Shown here one piece after another: positions 1 to 12,900 of a stretch of DNA of 64,000 nt. The notes under the pieces were generated by a model. It saw only the letters and a program-made list of their open reading frames with translations, searched no databases and was not told where the DNA came from. Source of the stretch: Spironucleus salmonicida (lineage: Eukaryota); assembly GCF_000497125.1 (NCBI RefSeq), contig NC_090602.1:248001-312000 (forward strand), read 5' to 3'. Made by a program: the position numbers and the translations under genes. Position 1 is the first letter of the stretch; every line of letters starts with the position of its first letter.

Positions 1-1120
1 CCGCAAATTAGAAGCGGAAAAACTCGACTTTGCAGCATTTCGCAAACGCGAATAGGCTGACTTAAAGCGGTAAAAGTAACTTCTGGAAGATGCTCGTCAG
101 GCGAGATAACAGAAGGATAAAGTTTCTGCAACGCTAGAGTAGTAGAACAAAGCTCTAGCGGACCAGATGACGTCGCTAAAATAAGATATGAAGCGCTAGC
201 AAAATGCCGCGAAAACGTAGGTCGATGGTGTGCGTTTAAAGCTTGAATAACAAATTTAAGCCAATTAAGAGTTGGTGGTGAAGCTTGAAATTCAGGACAA
301 ACAAATTCCGCAGCTGAAATAGCTGCAAAAGGGTGGATAGCAGAATAACTAGGCGAAAATCTAGGAACTAAATTCTATAATTTAAGATCAAAACGATCGC
401 ATAATGCTTCTATAGTAGGATTTACAAACTGAAAAATCACTCAGTTTGCTTAACAGATAAAATACTAAGGAACCTGTGAAGGTCGAAAGTTTCAAATTAG
501 AAGCTAAGAAGGAGCCAGGTTTGACTAAATCTATTTTTAAGACAGTTGAGTAAACATAAAATAAAGCAGTAAAAAACGATAATGGTCCACCAAAAACTCA
601 TATTTCAACTTAAAAGAAGAGTGGAGGGTTTGTCGATAGGAAGAATTTTCAAAACATACCATTCTTTGAAAGCTAGGAGCTATTTGATCAATTTAATAAC
701 GATTTGGAATAATATATAGATAGTAGTGTAGTTGTATCCTCCAAAAAGCTATCAGATCGCGAGGAATTTGCTTATAAATCAGGAGCGAAGCGCTTTATAT
801 TTAAAAACGGTACTGAAAAAATTGTGCTACCTGATGGAATTACTGATATTTAGTTTGATAACGGTGACATAAAACGAGTGGAACCTTCTACAAGCGGTTA
901 AATTAGTATCTATTTTTATGCAGATGTAGGCACTTTATTTACTTAGCTTCAAACTACTTAAGGTATGGTAAAAGTGTATAGATTTTAAAATGACTAAATG
1001 GAAAAGCATTTTGAAGATGGAAGAAAAATAGTGTATTACCCAGATGGTACAATGAAATATGTGTATACTGATGGTACAGAGAAAGCTGTTTTCCCAGATG
1101 GTGAAGTAGTTTATAACTGA
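1..1120 (+). CDS. 5'-truncated coiled-coil protein with C-terminal TCP10_C/G-box repeats, SAS-4/CPAP-like centriolar protein
   Basis: Open from position 2 to TGA 1118-1120 with TAR=Gln. A long coiled coil is followed by FKNGTEKIVLPDG, FDNGDIKRV, MEKHFEDGRKIVYYPDGTMKYVYTDGTEKAVFPDG, typical of the CPAP TCP domain. Confidence 0.8.
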
Positions 1121-1235
1121 TGTGAAATATTTTTAAATACATATTTTCAAAATGGAACCCTATAACATATTTATTTTTAAATTCTTTATAATATCAAACT
1201 GTATAATAATACAAATTATTCATCGCTCCACATTA

Positions 1236-1613
1236 ATGTTTAATATCAAAGATTTATTATTTGTGTCTGACTTACCACCAACTTATTCACCTGTTGCTAT
1301 GGTTTGCTTTTCTACAACATCACCAGAGGCTCGTCAGCAAATTACTTACCTTTCTACGAAAAGTTTCCCTGCAAATATTATTTTTGCGACGTTAGACTCG
1401 GTATCTCAGATTACACAAATAGCTAATTCACACCCTAATTAATATTTTGCAACTGATAAGGACCAAAAACTGCGCGCATTTTTAGAGAGGAATGTCCCTA
1501 AACTTTAGGCAAGTTCGTTCACATTTATTTTAGTGAATAATAAGGTAGTATGGAAGGGATCAGTAGAAACTGATGATTTCGCTTACTGGATCGACCGTGT
1601 AAGTACGATGTGA
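1236..1613 (+). CDS. Small protein (125 aa), probable thioredoxin/redoxin-like fold without CxxC
   Basis: ATG 1236 to TGA 1611. The pattern VAMVCFSTTSPEARQQI...IIFATLDS...FATDKD...FTFILVNNKVVWKG resembles TlpA/AhpC-type folds (inference). Confidence 0.55.
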
Positions 1614-1695
1614 CGGTTTCTATTAAGGTAAATTATAAAAAAATGCTGTTTGTAATTTTACTTTTAGTTGTACTATTATATTATATTAATATAAA

Positions 1696-2121
1696 TCACT
1701 TATTAGATTTAGAACGTTTCAAATCAATGCATTCTCTTTTGCTTTTGGTTAAGTATTAAGGATAGAGCCTTTCAAAAACACATTAATTTAATGGCTCATA
1801 ATCAATAGAAGATTTCAGGCAGGCTAAATTTCGTTTAAAATTAACAGGCCGCTTTTTAGGCATATCTATGAACTAAAACTATGGAGTTTAATCAACTAAA
1901 GAATGAGTCAAAATAGAATCATGATGTGCATATTTTTGCAGTTTGTGAGCTTCCATATACAATTTTTCTCTATATTCTTTAAATCTTTTATTTTACTTTG
2001 GCTAAATAAACAATGTTTAGTCATAATACTTGTTAAACACTATATCAGTTGAATTAATCTTAGTCAGTGCCATACGGTCTTATACTGCTTAAAGTTATTG
2101 TAAAAAATGATTATCATTCAT
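1696..2121 (-). CDS. Hypothetical basic protein (141 aa)
   Basis: Open frame from MNDNHFLQQLQAVQDRMALTK to AAG TGA, with AT-rich flanks. Confidence 0.6.
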
Positions 2122-2191
2122 TTTAATTATATGTATATAATGATATGTAAAAATATTTTAAATAAAGTATCTAAAATCATTTCAGTTTTTC

Positions 2192-2596
2192 TCATACTAC
2201 ACGTCGCCATTTTCTAGCAGGCATGATTGGTAATCCTCCCGTTAACTTATGTTCTACTGCATCATGAAATTCACATTTTGCTTTGGGAGTAGAAATTTTA
2301 AACGTGATTTCTTAGGTGTTTTATAATTTTTAAGAACTTGTCGGAAATGCTACTGCATTAAATGAATAATCAAAAGGCTTGACAACATGCATAACAGTTG
2401 AGTTTGCACACCCATACTTAGTATTATAATTTTTTCGTTTCATCTCAATTTGTTTTTTCTCTTACAAAACTTGTTTCTATTACTCTCTAATTCTTTTGTT
2501 AAGGAATCGTTCTTAATATTAATTAAGAAATTACGACTCATATCTTTTTGTACCAAAATGTTTGTCAATTATTGTATACAATTTATCTTCTTGCAT
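2192..2596 (-). CDS. Hypothetical basic protein (134 aa)
   Basis: Open frame MQEDKLYTIIDKHFG...GGLPIMPARKWRRVV*, divergent from PUS7. Confidence 0.6.
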
Positions 2597-2657
2597 TTGC
2601 GGAAATAAAGGGTTGTAGTATTTAGTATATAATATTGTGGATTTTTCTTTCCTTAAA

Positions 2658-4334
2658 ATGACTTTAATAAAATCTATCAATTCAGATTTTGTTGTTAGAG
2701 AACTAGATTTGCAAGGAAATCCAGAATAAATCAAAAACTATAGTGACCCATTTGAAAAGGAATTCTAAACGTTTTTAGCATTTTTATAACCTGGTTTCAA
2801 AATACCATTGATAGATCTAAAACCAATTCAATCTATTATTTCATCAGAAGATTATGAAAAGATGTCAAATTTCATCTAAAATTTTACCTTGAATACCACT
2901 CTAACTATCACAGCACCAGAGTCCAAACAAGATCGCACTACACTGCATATGTTTATAAAAAGTCTTCATATTCCAACAATAGAATCATCAACATCTAATA
3001 CAGAAATTATCATAGTTATACATCAGAAAATAAAACCACCAAAGATTCCAAATTCATAGCGATATCTCCATTTTACACTAGAAAAATCAGCTTTGGATAC
3101 AAATTCTGCTCTTGCTCTTCTTATTAAAAATCTACCATTTTATGCTAAGTATTTTACTATCAAAGATTTTACTTACAACGGGATTAAGGATAAAAGAGGT
3201 GTTACGAGTTAAAGAATTTGTGTCAAAAACAAGGATTCCTGGCCCTATTACTTCATTAATGCTGCATCTAAAGCATAAGAGCTCATGGTAGGTGATTTTG
3301 CATTTTCTGATGATTTTCTGAATCTCAATCAGCATTCTGGGAATGAATTCGAAGTGGTTTTTAGAAAATGTTAAATTAGCCTATTAAGCGAATTGGAAAA
3401 AATATCAAAATATGGATTTTCCAACAATTTTGGTCCACAAAGATTTGGTTCTTGTAGCATTAAAACAGATGAAATTGGGGCATCAATTGTTTAAAACAAC
3501 TTTGTTAAAGCTTTGAAATAAATAGTCATTAATAGCGTTTAGACGTGTAAAAATTATAATAACGAGTTCAATAATCTATAATTTGATTAATAATTTGATT
3601 TTTCACTTTAATTCGTTAATTCGGGAGAATTTGTTCGCGATGGTGGAAAAATTGTTAAAATACTGTAAGAAAAATTCAGTTAAAGTGATTTTACGAATTA
3701 ATAAGCCAGAGAAGTGCTAGAAATATGCCTTCCTCGTAATCTTTAAACTTTCTACTTTCACGCTTTTTAGAGTAAAATATTTAATTTTTTGACATCAAAA
3801 TTATCGAAAACACTTTAAATTGACGATTGTGTGTAGGGAAACTGTGGCTAAATTTTAAAGGTTCATGAGGGAAACATCGACCAATTTACAATTTTTGATA
3901 GGGTTCTCCCATTAATAGGTTTTAGCACATTCAAAACCACTCCAGAAATCTTTGGAAATAACAAAATGTTAACAGAAGTAAACATACTTTTGAAAGAGTT
4001 TGGAGTGGAATTGGAGACTTTTCCTTCATTTTCTAGGAATTTTTTGGCCCCCGGTGGTTGGCGTAAGGTCACTAATAAACCTGTGGGGATTGAAGTCTAG
4101 GTATTTTAGCATGATGAAATAATGGAAGAGTTTTATATCTAATAACGTAAGTTTAATAAAATATCAGATTCGGATTGTAATAGTTTAGTACATAAGAATT
4201 TGTCTATTATAGCTAAATTTAGGCTAGACAAGTCTGTCTACGCAACTGAATTGATTGGAGAAGTTTTAGGCGAAAGTTACGATCAGGAAAAATAAAAATA
4301 ATTAATGATCAGTTATGGGATCAATACTGAGTGA
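2658..4334 (+). CDS. PUS7: TruD-family pseudouridine synthase PUS7 (558 aa)
   Basis: Motifs KSINSDFVVRE, catalytic NGIKDKRGVTSQ, HSGNEFEVV, GFSNNFGPQRFG, HAFQSKIFN, GGWRK and FRLDKSVYATELIGE. Confidence 0.93.
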
Positions 4335-5162
4335 TTGGATGTATTCAAATGTTATATGTTTTAGTATGATACATGAGTTTCAAGTAGTTGGATTTTTATA
4401 ATCTAATCAATATATCTTGGGAAGATAATAAAAAAGTATAGAACACTACTAAAGGTTAATTATATAATTTATTTTAGCTAACATATCTTTTAATATGTAT
4501 TTTCAAATTGTGATTAACTTAAAATAACATATGATTAAAATTTATCAAACAGATTGATTAAATTAATAAATAGACATTAATTTTTAAAGGATAGTTATCT
4601 TATATAATCAATTAATAAATCATATTAGTAAGCTTAATAAAACAACTGTTTGAAAATAAAACAGTAGATATAATGCTTTATTTGACTTATTTGTGCTAAT
4701 AAGTAACATTCACAAGCCTTTTATCCGCTTTATTAGCATATTATTAAATTTTTTTAATAATTTCAAACAGGATTACTACAAATTTATGTTTAATTATATA
4801 TTTTAAATTTAATTAAATTTAATATAGAGAATATCAAGATAATTGAGTACAAATTACAACAAGTTATAATTTAGAACTTAAATTCTAAATTATATTCTTA
4901 TTTTATTAAATAATTTTATGTAAGGAAATAGATTCTATCCAAGGTTCAATTTTAGCAAATTAATTTAAATCAGGATTAATTAGTAAAAACTTATACAATA
5001 TAAATGTATATATGCTGATAAAATAATAGATTACTTATAAATATGCATATATAAAAGTTTAGTTTACAGTAATAAATTATAATTGATTAAGTTAAATAAA
5101 ATTTGAAAATATCTAATAGTATTATATAATTATAATTATATCTATAAAGAATATATTTACAA

Positions 5163-5651
5163 ATGTTTGGATGCGTAATTGACACTTATGGTTATACTGA
5201 TTAATTTAGTCAAGAGGGTACAAATTATATACTATAAATACCTTAAATTCATTTAATTAACCATATCTCTCTTTTCTGTTATGACTAATCACAATTAGCA
5301 AATTTAGCATTTTAGATTTCAATAATTAATGGTGATTAAGAATTAAAGGTAGGATTTTTGACTGATTTTTAACCAGCAATTACATTTAATCCTCCAAAAG
5401 TACCTCCTCAATAAAAAACATTAATTTAATTGTCTCTGTGCAACTACAATGACGTTTTTGTTTAAACAGAACATCTATTAACAACAGATGAAGATGCAAT
5501 GGTAAATTTTTAAACACAAAGAATGCTTAAAAATTTTTAAGAGCATCTTTAAACACAAACTGTTGAAAACAACAATTAAGTTTATATTCCTCTAGCTACA
5601 ATAAAGAAGTGGAAGGATCAATATATCTAATACTTATATAATACAAAGTGA
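5163..5651 (+). CDS. Hikeshi/OPI10 (DUF775)-like protein (162 aa)
   Basis: MFGC start, INHISLF, GFLTDFQP, QRMLKNF and YIPLATIKKWKDQY occur in the order of the conserved Hikeshi motifs. Confidence 0.75.
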
Positions 5652-5652
5652 G

Positions 5653-7326
5653 TCATTCTAGTCTTTTTACATTGTCAGTTGGCGATTATAATAATTTAAA
5701 TCCTGAAACCATAAAAACAATCTCTTCCGCTGTAATATCTTATTCCACAGATAGTAAAAACTGGACTGAAACAAGCTGATTCTATCCTTTATTTTAAAAT
5801 TCAAAGTTTTTAATTTTATCCCATTTGTAGTCAATTATTTCAGGTAGAACATCATAGTTTAAACCAAATGCTTTAATTTTGCCTAATTAATAATAAATTT
5901 TTCTAAATTTTGCCTCAGGAATCACAGAATTATCAGAAAACTATCTAGGCCAAATCTTGCTATTTTTCAAGACTTAATTAAGTGTAAATAGAACTGGATT
6001 TTTAGTGTGCTCGACTTTCTACAGAAGTTTGACCAAATTGTTACCCAAAACAGGGTAAACTAGATCAATATAACTATATTTTGTAATATTTTCAGAAGTA
6101 ATTATTTCTAGTTAGTTTTGGTCGTTAAAAACAAAATCGTCAATTTATAACTCAAGGCCTGGACGCTTGCTCATAGTTTATTGAATAATTTGGCCTTAAA
6201 GATAGTTTAAAGCTGAAATAATATAAACTAAAAGGTCTTTTTGAAATACTTTATCTAAAATATTAAAAAATACGAATTGATTTTTAAAATCCTAGATATC
6301 CTTTATGCTATTAAATACCTTTTTGAGTTTTAGCTGCTGCAGAATCATACCACATACATCAAAATTTTTATATTAACCTTTGACTTAATCAATAATGAAA
6401 ATAAATGCCTCTTCCATAGGTTTATCAATAATTTTGCTTGTCATACTTTCAAATGTTGAAATGACCAACATGAACATAGCATCTTTAAAATTTTTCTACA
6501 ATATGTTAATACCAATTTATTCAGGTTGATATGTAGTTGTACGAGTTTATTTTGATGGTGGTAATCTTACTAAAAATGGATCTTAAAGATGTTTAATTTA
6601 TTTTATTATTTTTTTATTGGTTTATATAAAATCGACAGTAACTAGACGTTTCGATTTTATATTTTTATCATCTAAATATTCAAAATCTCCTACTTCAATT
6701 TTAGCTTTTGCTGCTGCTTTTAATAGCATCGATGGATAAATATTTTTAATATTATCAATAAAAACATTTTAGATGGTTGCCTATTAATATTCTACAAAAT
6801 CGAAATCTTATAGTTTAAATGTATTAAACCTAGGCATATATGTTAATAATTATTAAATCGCATCCGATGATGTAGCTTAGATACTAAATTTTATTGTAAA
6901 CTTAAAATAGTTACATCTACGTAAAGGCTTTGGGCAAGCTCTGGGTATGAGAACATATTTCAATACTTCAATATTTAAAATTCCTGGTTTTGTTGAAGTG
7001 GCTGAAATTTTAGGTAATCTATATCTGAGAAACTCAAAAAAATCAAAAACTTAAAATTTTTTGGAATCTGTAGGAACTCCAATGTCAATTTTTGATCCTT
7101 ATTTACCAACCGATATAAACTCTTTGACCCTATCTAAGTCTTCTCTAGATACTACTCTGTATAATTAAGAGTAATCAATATTTTCCGTATTATATGGATT
7201 TTCAAAGAACTCTAAATAAGGTTATATCAAATCAATAGACTCATATTAATCTATCTTACAAACAATTTTTTTTGGTTCTTTTCGTTCCATTTCAACACAG
7301 AACTTAACGTCCTTAACATTTATCAT
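5653..7326 (-). CDS. Divergent full-length TruD/PUS7 paralogue lacking catalytic motifs (557 aa)
   Basis: Colinear similarity to 2658-4334: AAAKAKIEVGDFEYLDD vs AASKAQELMVGDFAFSDD; EQIGINILQKNF vs DEIGASIVQNNF; LQIDDFV..ENITKYSYIDLVYPVLG vs LQIDDCV..GNIDQFTIFDRVLPLIG. Confidence 0.8.
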
Positions 7327-7377
7327 TTTAAAGTGGAAAATGAAATTTAGCAGTTATTATATATAATGAATAGATTT

Positions 7378-8091
7378 TCAATCAAAAATAATATCTTCCA
7401 AAAACTCTAAATTGTTTATTCCTTCTCTACTAACCTCTCTAAGTTAGCTTCTTAACCCATCACTTTCCGCAAGCAGTAATTAATCTTTTAATTTTCTAAT
7501 TTCTGCCTCAGCAACCGCTGCTCTTTCCATTTATTAGCTAGCAATCATTGAATTTTCTGCATTTTCTTATAATATTTGTAATTTCTCCTAGTTTAAAAAC
7601 TAATTTTCCTCCTCTGCACGAATTGCTATCTTTTTGAAATTTTCAGCATTTTCAGCTAGTTCTAAAAAGTCATTTTCATTAAAATTCTGATACTTTTTGA
7701 TTTATGATGCAGTCAAAGGGGCATTCTATTCATATTCATCTGGATCGAATGTAAACTTTTATGTAATTGGTGCAAAATCGAATTGAGGAGACGCTATTGG
7801 TCCGTTAGATAGAGAGGAGTGAGATGGAAGAGGAGATTTTTAAAAATATTTTGGCTATATCTCAGTAGTTTAAGTGATATTTTGATTATTGCACATCTAA
7901 TTCTGTTAGATATTTATCTTTTGAGATAAAAATTACGATTAAAGATTAGATAAATCAGTAATAAGCTATGAATTTTGTTTCTTTGCTGCAAAAAATTAAT
8001 CACAAAGATAAATAATAGCTGATTGTTCTGTTTAATTCAGTTTAGACGAGTTGGAAAGCTGAGAAATTGTTTCCAAAATATTAAATTCCAT
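7378..8091 (-). CDS. Hypothetical coiled-coil protein (237 aa)
   Basis: Open frame MEFNILETISQL...FLEDIIFD*, with a CCCACTCC motif just upstream of the ATG. Confidence 0.7.
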
Positions 8092-8158
8092 AATTATGGA
8101 GTGGGCAGAAATATAACATATATATGTATAAAAATGATACAAAATTAAATTGTTTGAT

Positions 8159-9778
8159 TCACCAACCATTACCATTATTATTGTAATCTGTGTTATTATA
8201 ATCTTAGTTAGTGTCATAACCATTGTTATCATTATTATAGTTGTTTGCATCGTAATCATTTCCACTATAATAATTATCAGTATTATAATCTTGTCCTCCA
8301 GCATTATAATAATTATTAGTAGCCTGGTCGTCATAATAATTATTAGCAGGTTGGTCATCGTAATAATCTCCAGCAGCATAATCTCCTGAACCTCCTCCAG
8401 AACCTTTCATTTAACCTAAATCAGCCAAATGTTTGTCAGCTTATTCAGTGAAATGACTATATAAACCTGATTGCTTAAGGGCCTTGATTCTTTTTAACGC
8501 ATCATCGTCATCATCGTTAAGTAGATTAGCCGAAATAGCAGTTTCTGTATAGCTAGTTTTAGGAGCATCTTTCATTAGCAGAGCTGCGACTTCCATAGGA
8601 TCCATACTCTTGAATTCGGATTCTGGCTCATCTAGTTTAACTTTTCCGGTTTTTTCATCATAAATTGATGTTGTCTTTTACTCAACTATTTCAGTTTCCT
8701 ATTCTTATATTACTTCGTTATTTTCTCCACATTCTAGGGTTTCCGGTTTATCATCTTCCTAAGGCTCGCTAATGGCGTTTGTTTTGTCAATAATCACTTT
8801 TTCAGCATCAACATGCTCCTTCATCGGTGTACTAGCCTCACTTCTACTTGGACTTGCCAATTCAGCACCTCTAATGTCTGCCATAGCCTTATTAGTAGAA
8901 TCGCCTAAAGATTTCAAATTTTAGGTTATATGTTTGCTAGTATCCCATGATACCTTTCCTCCAGTTTAAGGTAATTTTTCAAGGCTAGCGTTAGGATTAT
9001 TGTGATGCACAATACTTGTTGCGCTCATAGTAATAATCCCAGTATCTACATCGTAATGTAACAGTTTTCCATAAATGCTGCAAATTGATCCCTGTTTTAC
9101 CGTTGCTGGAATCTTCACACTGTCAGGAAAATTAGCAACTAAATCTTTATTCTAAGAAATTTTAGGGAATAACCGAGCCTCAATTTAAATAGTTGAAAAT
9201 TGCACAATTTAAGCAGTTAATATGATATCTAAAGACATAAAGCTGTTAAAAATATTATTGAAAGTGTCAGGATGTGCATTTTTCAAATATTCACACCATG
9301 AAAGTGGTGTCTGAAGGTCTTAGTTTAATTAAGTGATATCTTTTTAGGGAGTGATAGACGCTAATTGAACTGGACCGATACCATAGTTCAAATAAGATAT
9401 AGTAGGGATTCCACTGTTAATTTATTCTATTTTACCAGTAAAATCAACAGTTTTCCCTATTTGATCACTAAAAGGAGATGTGGAAATTGGTAATTTAACA
9501 ATAATATCGTAAGGCTTGTCAGCATAAATAGAAGGATTCATCTATATACAAGCTATGTTTTATGAATCATTAAATGACACTATTTTACCAGCCCAATGGA
9601 TCGTTCTGTTTATTTGCTTGGATATTTTGTCTTTTAATAATCTCTAAGAATCCCCTTTAAGGAAAATTGAGATATCTGCCCAGGTATACTACGAATTTGG
9701 ACCTGTTGGAACAATAGCTGGTGCAGGTGGTGTGTAAACACTATGTGGTGTAGTTGGAAGTGAGTTCTCGACGCCCAT
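8159..9778 (-). CDS. Hypothetical protein (539 aa): MGxxxS N-terminus, two putative OB-like domains, acidic linker, N/Y/D/G-rich low-complexity tail
   Basis: Open frame MGVENS...IHWAGKIVSF...VDFTGKI...SIYGKLL...GGGSGDYAAGDYYDDQPANNYY...NNNGNGW*. Confidence 0.75.
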
Positions 9779-9954
9779 TTTGATTTATTGGAGTGGGGTA
9801 TAACCTTATTATTATATATCTATATCTGATACTAGCAGCATAAAATTTTTGAAAATATGATAACTAATACTTTGTATTATATATGTATATATTAACTTAT
9901 AATAATATATTTATTATTATTTAGTATGTTTATAATTTTTCTCTCTTTTCTTTT

Positions 9955-12900
9955 ATGAACAATAAAGTATAGTTCTTATTCTAGTGTGATTTAATATTCT
10001 TGAAAGATATAGAAGCTAGATAAAAAGTATCTAATCTAAATATCAAGAGTATTTTCGAAAACGAAATATCTCTGTTCAAGAACAATAATGCACTAGGATT
10101 TTATAACAAATTAATCGATTATTCTACAAGGTATAAAATTTCTCTATATTAATCTATGGAAAAATATAAATTGGCACGGCTAGCGGCAATTTTTTCAAGA
10201 TTGAGATAATAGAAATAAATTTTTAATATTTTCAAAGAAATATTAAAAACGTTATAGTTAAATTAAAAATTAATAATAAAATACGACTTTACGGAGGAAC
10301 AATATAAGATAAACTAAATTAGACACTTTGCTCTTTAGTATAGAGCATGGAGGGGAATGTCATAAAGATTATTATAAATACAATAAGCTAAAATATAAGC
10401 TTCACTGATATAGAAAAAAAGTATTTCTCTTTTTAGGAAAAAAATACAAAAAAATACTGCATTGTAAGCTTTTAAATCATGGAATAATTTTTACAGAATA
10501 AAGTAAGACAAAGAATCTTATAACAAAATCAAATGTAAAAATTATATTATTAACAAGTTGGTATTAAATATTTAAAATACTTTTTAATTATGGGTGATTG
10601 CTTATAAGGACAGAAAATTACGAGAGGCTAGAGTGGCAGCTTTTTATTTACGAAGTTAAAAAATGTTAAAACAGTTAGCATTCAAAGCAATATTAAAAAA
10701 ATTTATTTCTTTAAAAAGGAAATTATACAAGAATATTAATACTTGCATTATTTCAATCTGGCAGCAGAGACAAATTTAACATGTTTTTTAAGCCTTTTAG
10801 TACAAGATTTAGATTAATTTATAAAAATATTAAATTTTATAGCAAAGTATTCAAAGTAAGATCATTTTTACCGTAATAATTAAACTAAAAATAGCATATT
10901 AAAGATAATAAAAATATAGCCAATTTTTATACTTCTAAGACTAAAACTTAATAAGATTATGTTTTTTTGCACTAATGCAAGCTAGAGAATCTCCATATTT
11001 ATAGTAAAAATTACTATCTTATGAAACTATATTAAATTATAGAACAAAAATTATTTCCATTAATTTATGGAGAAAGTAATCTTAATAATAAATAAAATAT
11101 AGAATTTCACGATTACAAAATAATAGATTTCTGATACTAAGAGCATTCAATGAAATAAGAGAAGCTGCAAAGGTATTGAGTAGAGCAAGAGTTTTTGCAG
11201 AACCATGGAGACGTAGAAGAGGTATTTTTAGATTTGAAGAGGGAAGAACTTGGGAAATTGTTGGTTATTTTTTAAATCATATGCGTATAAAAGCCGGGAT
11301 GTAAGAAATTGTAGAAGTCAACCATTAGGAAGAATATTAGTTATCAGAATATATTAGTGCATGGATAGATTATGTTGATAGAAAGAGAAAAGTTAACGTT
11401 ATTTTGTCAGGCATGCGAAGTCTTCACGATAAACGTCTCACTTAAAATATGTTTAAAAGGATTATTTAATAGTATAAATATAATACAGCCCAGATATTGT
11501 TATATAGTAACAAACTTACATTTTTATATAAAAAAGCTTTTGCGTCATGGAAATTAGGGTTCCGACTTAAACAATGGGCACTTAAGATGCGCAAATGGTA
11601 AGATGAAAGCCTTATTAAGATAACATTTTTTCAATGGTAATATTTAAGACCCTATGCTTAAATGTTGTAACGAGTTCTTTTTGAATTAAATCTTCAAGGA
11701 ATAAAAGTAAATCCAGACGAATTAAATGATAAAACTATAGATTAATAAATTTAGTACTTAATTGAAAAATATGCGGACACACTAGATGAATCATTTGTTA
11801 ATTTTGTTAAATTAGGACTTGATATTTTAGATAATTAAAATTAAATGTCACATTCTCAGATAAATAAATACAATAGAAAGCTATTTTCAATGAAAGACTT
11901 TGATAAACTCGGTAAGAATTATGAATAAATTTAAATTTTAACCAAATAAATTATTGAAGACCGAGCATATTTTGCATTAAAGGATGAATATTATAGAATT
12001 TAATCACATAAAATCGTTTCATAAAAATAATATAAGATAAAGTTATAATCATAATTTTTGTCTCTAATGAGGACTGTTACATTATAGTTTTAAACTGCAA
12101 AAAATATTTAAAATCAGACATTATTATTTAAAACACTTAAAGAGCTGCGAGCTGTTAATATTTTTCTATAAAATGTTAGACTTGCCGATGAATTTCATAT
12201 ACAACAATTGCTTAAGATCTCATTATTTACATTAAATCAATTTGTTAGTGTTACTTAGTTACGCAGAGATAGTAAAGCCAAAGCGTTAGAGTTTAATTAA
12301 AAATGTTATGTATATAAATGTTTTTAAATATGGAAGAAGTAATGTTTGTTGATACTTACAGCTAAAGATTTTTTCGAAGATTATTAAAAATAAAATATTA
12401 AGAAAATATTATAATTATTACGATTAAAGTTAGATTAAAAAGAATAATAGAATCTTAAACTTTATGAATATTAAGATAAAAGGACTATTAACATTAAAAG
12501 GGATATATTTAATATTCTTATGAAATAAAAATATTTAAATTAAAAATAAAGGGATGACAATTCAAAAGCTTGTAATTTTTATAATTAAAGACTGCTAATT
12601 GCGTTTGAGTCATGGTGGGCTCTCAAAAATACAAAAGTAAAATATCTATTTTTTAATAAGTAAGCAAGTAATATGACAAATAAGAAATTTTTCAAAATGC
12701 TTAAATTAGCTTACAACTAAAAATTGGAAAATAATGTGCTTATTTAAAAAGCAGATTCAAGTTACAATAATAAGTTAAGAAATTACTTTTTTAAATGGCT
12801 TTTAGCAACTCATGAACACATTAAGCATAGCTTTAAGCTTAGAAAGGCTGAAATTTATATAAAATCTAACTTATAACTAAAATATTTTAATATTATGCGT

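Noticed and set aside
8032-8389. Ile-rich track ORFs (8032-8379 minus, 8150-8389 plus) resembling membrane peptides
   Set aside because: They are alternative-frame and antisense shadows of the AAT/TAT/GAT-rich tail of the 8159-9778 gene.
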